Of a stretch of 32,827 nucleotides of DNA, positions 31,677 to 32,827 are shown in pieces (positions within the stretch are counted from its first letter, which is position 1; each line of letters opens with the position of its first letter). The stretch lies in IMG/VR virus record IMGVR_UViG_3300042196_000161, positions 1 to 32,827 of that record, one strand, 5' to 3'. Under the pieces are notes generated by a model that ran no database searches, was not told where the DNA came from, and was given only the letters and a program-made list of their open reading frames with translations. This DNA comes from a virus. Lineage: Duplodnaviria; Caudoviricetes. The position numbers and the translations under genes were made by a program.

Positions 31677-32683
31677 CCGCGCACCTCTGGGAACTCCCGC
31701 CACTCCCGGCCGTCGAGCAGCGCGCCGGCGGCTTGCTTGCCGACACGGTACATATTCGCTCCATCTTTCTCGATCACTGGCAGCCGCCTCAGATCGTCCG
31801 GTACGGGTTGCGTATCGTCGTGCCACCACTCCCCCCACTGTTTGAAGAAGAACGGCACCCCAGCCACTTGGCACTGGTCACGTACCGCCCGTAACCATTC
31901 GGGGTGCGCCGGCCGGGCGTGGGGGCCGCTCTCGCCGCCGACGATGATCCAATCCAGGAGCGGAATTCCATTTTCAAGGGCAGCGGCTCGCGCCAACTGG
32001 TGGAGTGCTATCGCAGTCTCCTGCGACTTCCCGCGGCGCCCGCTCACCGTGTAGATCGGGATCAGGAACCTCGTAAAGTCCACCGGCCCCAAAGCCGGCT
32101 CGTAACTCACGAAGCGCACCGCCGCCGGGGTCTGGAGCAGCAGGGGAATCCGCTCATCGGCGGTGGCTTGGTCTTCGACAGAGACGCCCAGCCAGATGTT
32201 GGCGAGGGGCCACTGAATTGTGAGCCGATTGGGCTGGCGCTGCTTGATCTCATTCAGCACCCAACCTTCGCGGTGCGTCCATCCAGGCTGCTTTCCATGA
32301 GCAAACCACTTTCGCATCCGCTCCGGCCTCTTAGTGAGGACCTGGAACGTGTGCTGCGGACACAGAGCCATGACGGCGAACACCTTGTCGATGGCCTCAT
32401 CTGGCAGCGCCTCGTGAAACAGGTCGGACATGGAGTTGACGAAGACCCGGCGCGGCTTCTTCCAGTGCAGGGGAGCGGTCAGGCGCTCGGGAATCAACTC
32501 CACCTTGCCGGTCCAGAGGGGTCCAACTGAGGTCAGTTTGACGAAGGGGCCATAGCCAGGCACCCTGACGGCGAACCGCTCGGCATAACAATTCCGGCAG
32601 CCCTCGGACACCCGCGAACACCCCCGCGTGGGGTTCCACGTCTCGTCGGTCCAGGTGATGCCGTGTTCGCCCTGCTGTCCCAT
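31673..32683 (-). CDS. Phage Gp37/Gp68 (DUF5131) family protein, radical-SAM-like
   Basis: ITWTDETWNPTRGCSRVSEGCRNCYA, VFVNSMSDLFH, FQVLTKRPER, WIIVGGESG, FFFKQWG. Confidence 0.93.
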   Translation of the reverse strand: MGQQGEHGITWTDETWNPTRGCSRVSEGCRNCYAERFAVRVPGYGPFVKLTSVGPLWTGKVELIPERLTAPLHWKKPRRVFVNSMSDLFHEALPDEAIDKVFAVMALCPQHTFQVLTKRPERMRKWFAHGKQPGWTHREGWVLNEIKQRQPNRLTIQWPLANIWLGVSVEDQATADERIPLLLQTPAAVRFVSYEPALGPVDFTRFLIPIYTVSGRRGKSQETAIALHQLARAAALENGIPLLDWIIVGGESGPHARPAHPEWLRAVRDQCQVAGVPFFFKQWGEWWHDDTQPVPDDLRRLPVIEKDGANMYRVGKQAAGALLDGREWREFPEVRG

Positions 32684-32690
32684 CAGATAT

Positions 32691-32825
32691 TCACCGTACA
32701 GCTCGAAGGATGCCCCATACTATGGCAACCGTCAGAATGAGGGCCAAGAGGGTCTCCAGGATTTTCACCCACCGTTTCAAGCATTTGACCTCGGCGAGCG
32801 CGTCAGTCAGCCAGGATTCGAGCAC
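32691..32825 (-). CDS. 3' part of a protein with a C-terminal TM helix (probably truncated by window edge)
   Basis: Open frame ...KRWVKILETLLALILTVAIVWGILRAVR* ending 7 nt before the DUF5131 start. Confidence 0.5.
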   Translation of the reverse strand: MLESWLTDALAEVKCLKRWVKILETLLALILTVAIVWGILRAVR

Positions 32826-32827
32826 CT

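Noticed and set aside
1-32827. tRNA/rRNA genes, integrase/att sites, tape measure or sheath genes, firm host assignment
   Set aside because: None recognisable in the window; leader style hints at a diderm high-GC host but cannot be established from this sequence.

Overview
GC-rich segment of a tailed dsDNA phage or prophage with a podovirus (P22-like) layout. Essentially all credible genes are on the minus strand, tightly packed, many with ATGA/GTGA/TGATG stop-start overlaps. In transcription order (right to left): DUF5131 (Gp37/Gp68) protein, small early/regulatory genes (two HTH proteins), HNH endonuclease, probable small terminase, an IS110/Nop-domain-only protein, large terminase, portal, lysozyme-like protein, scaffold, major capsid, decoration/adaptor proteins, a fibre/spike cluster, tail nozzle and a probable ejection protein. 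Four things stand out. (1) A TasA-like (TIGR-Tas) nuclease-less gene lies between the terminase genes, and its 3' end carries one stem-flanked dual-spacer guide-like unit. (2) A 17-bp palindrome TCCGCAAAWTTTGCGGA occurs 8 times, plus one half-site, in both intergenic and coding DNA. (3) Seven genes of the tail/fibre region, including a beta-helix tailspike, begin with Sec-type signal peptides and most are Cys-rich. (4) A 19-bp-spacer promoter followed at once by an intrinsic terminator precedes the capsid operon. All calls are by-eye motif and synteny recognition; no searches were run.
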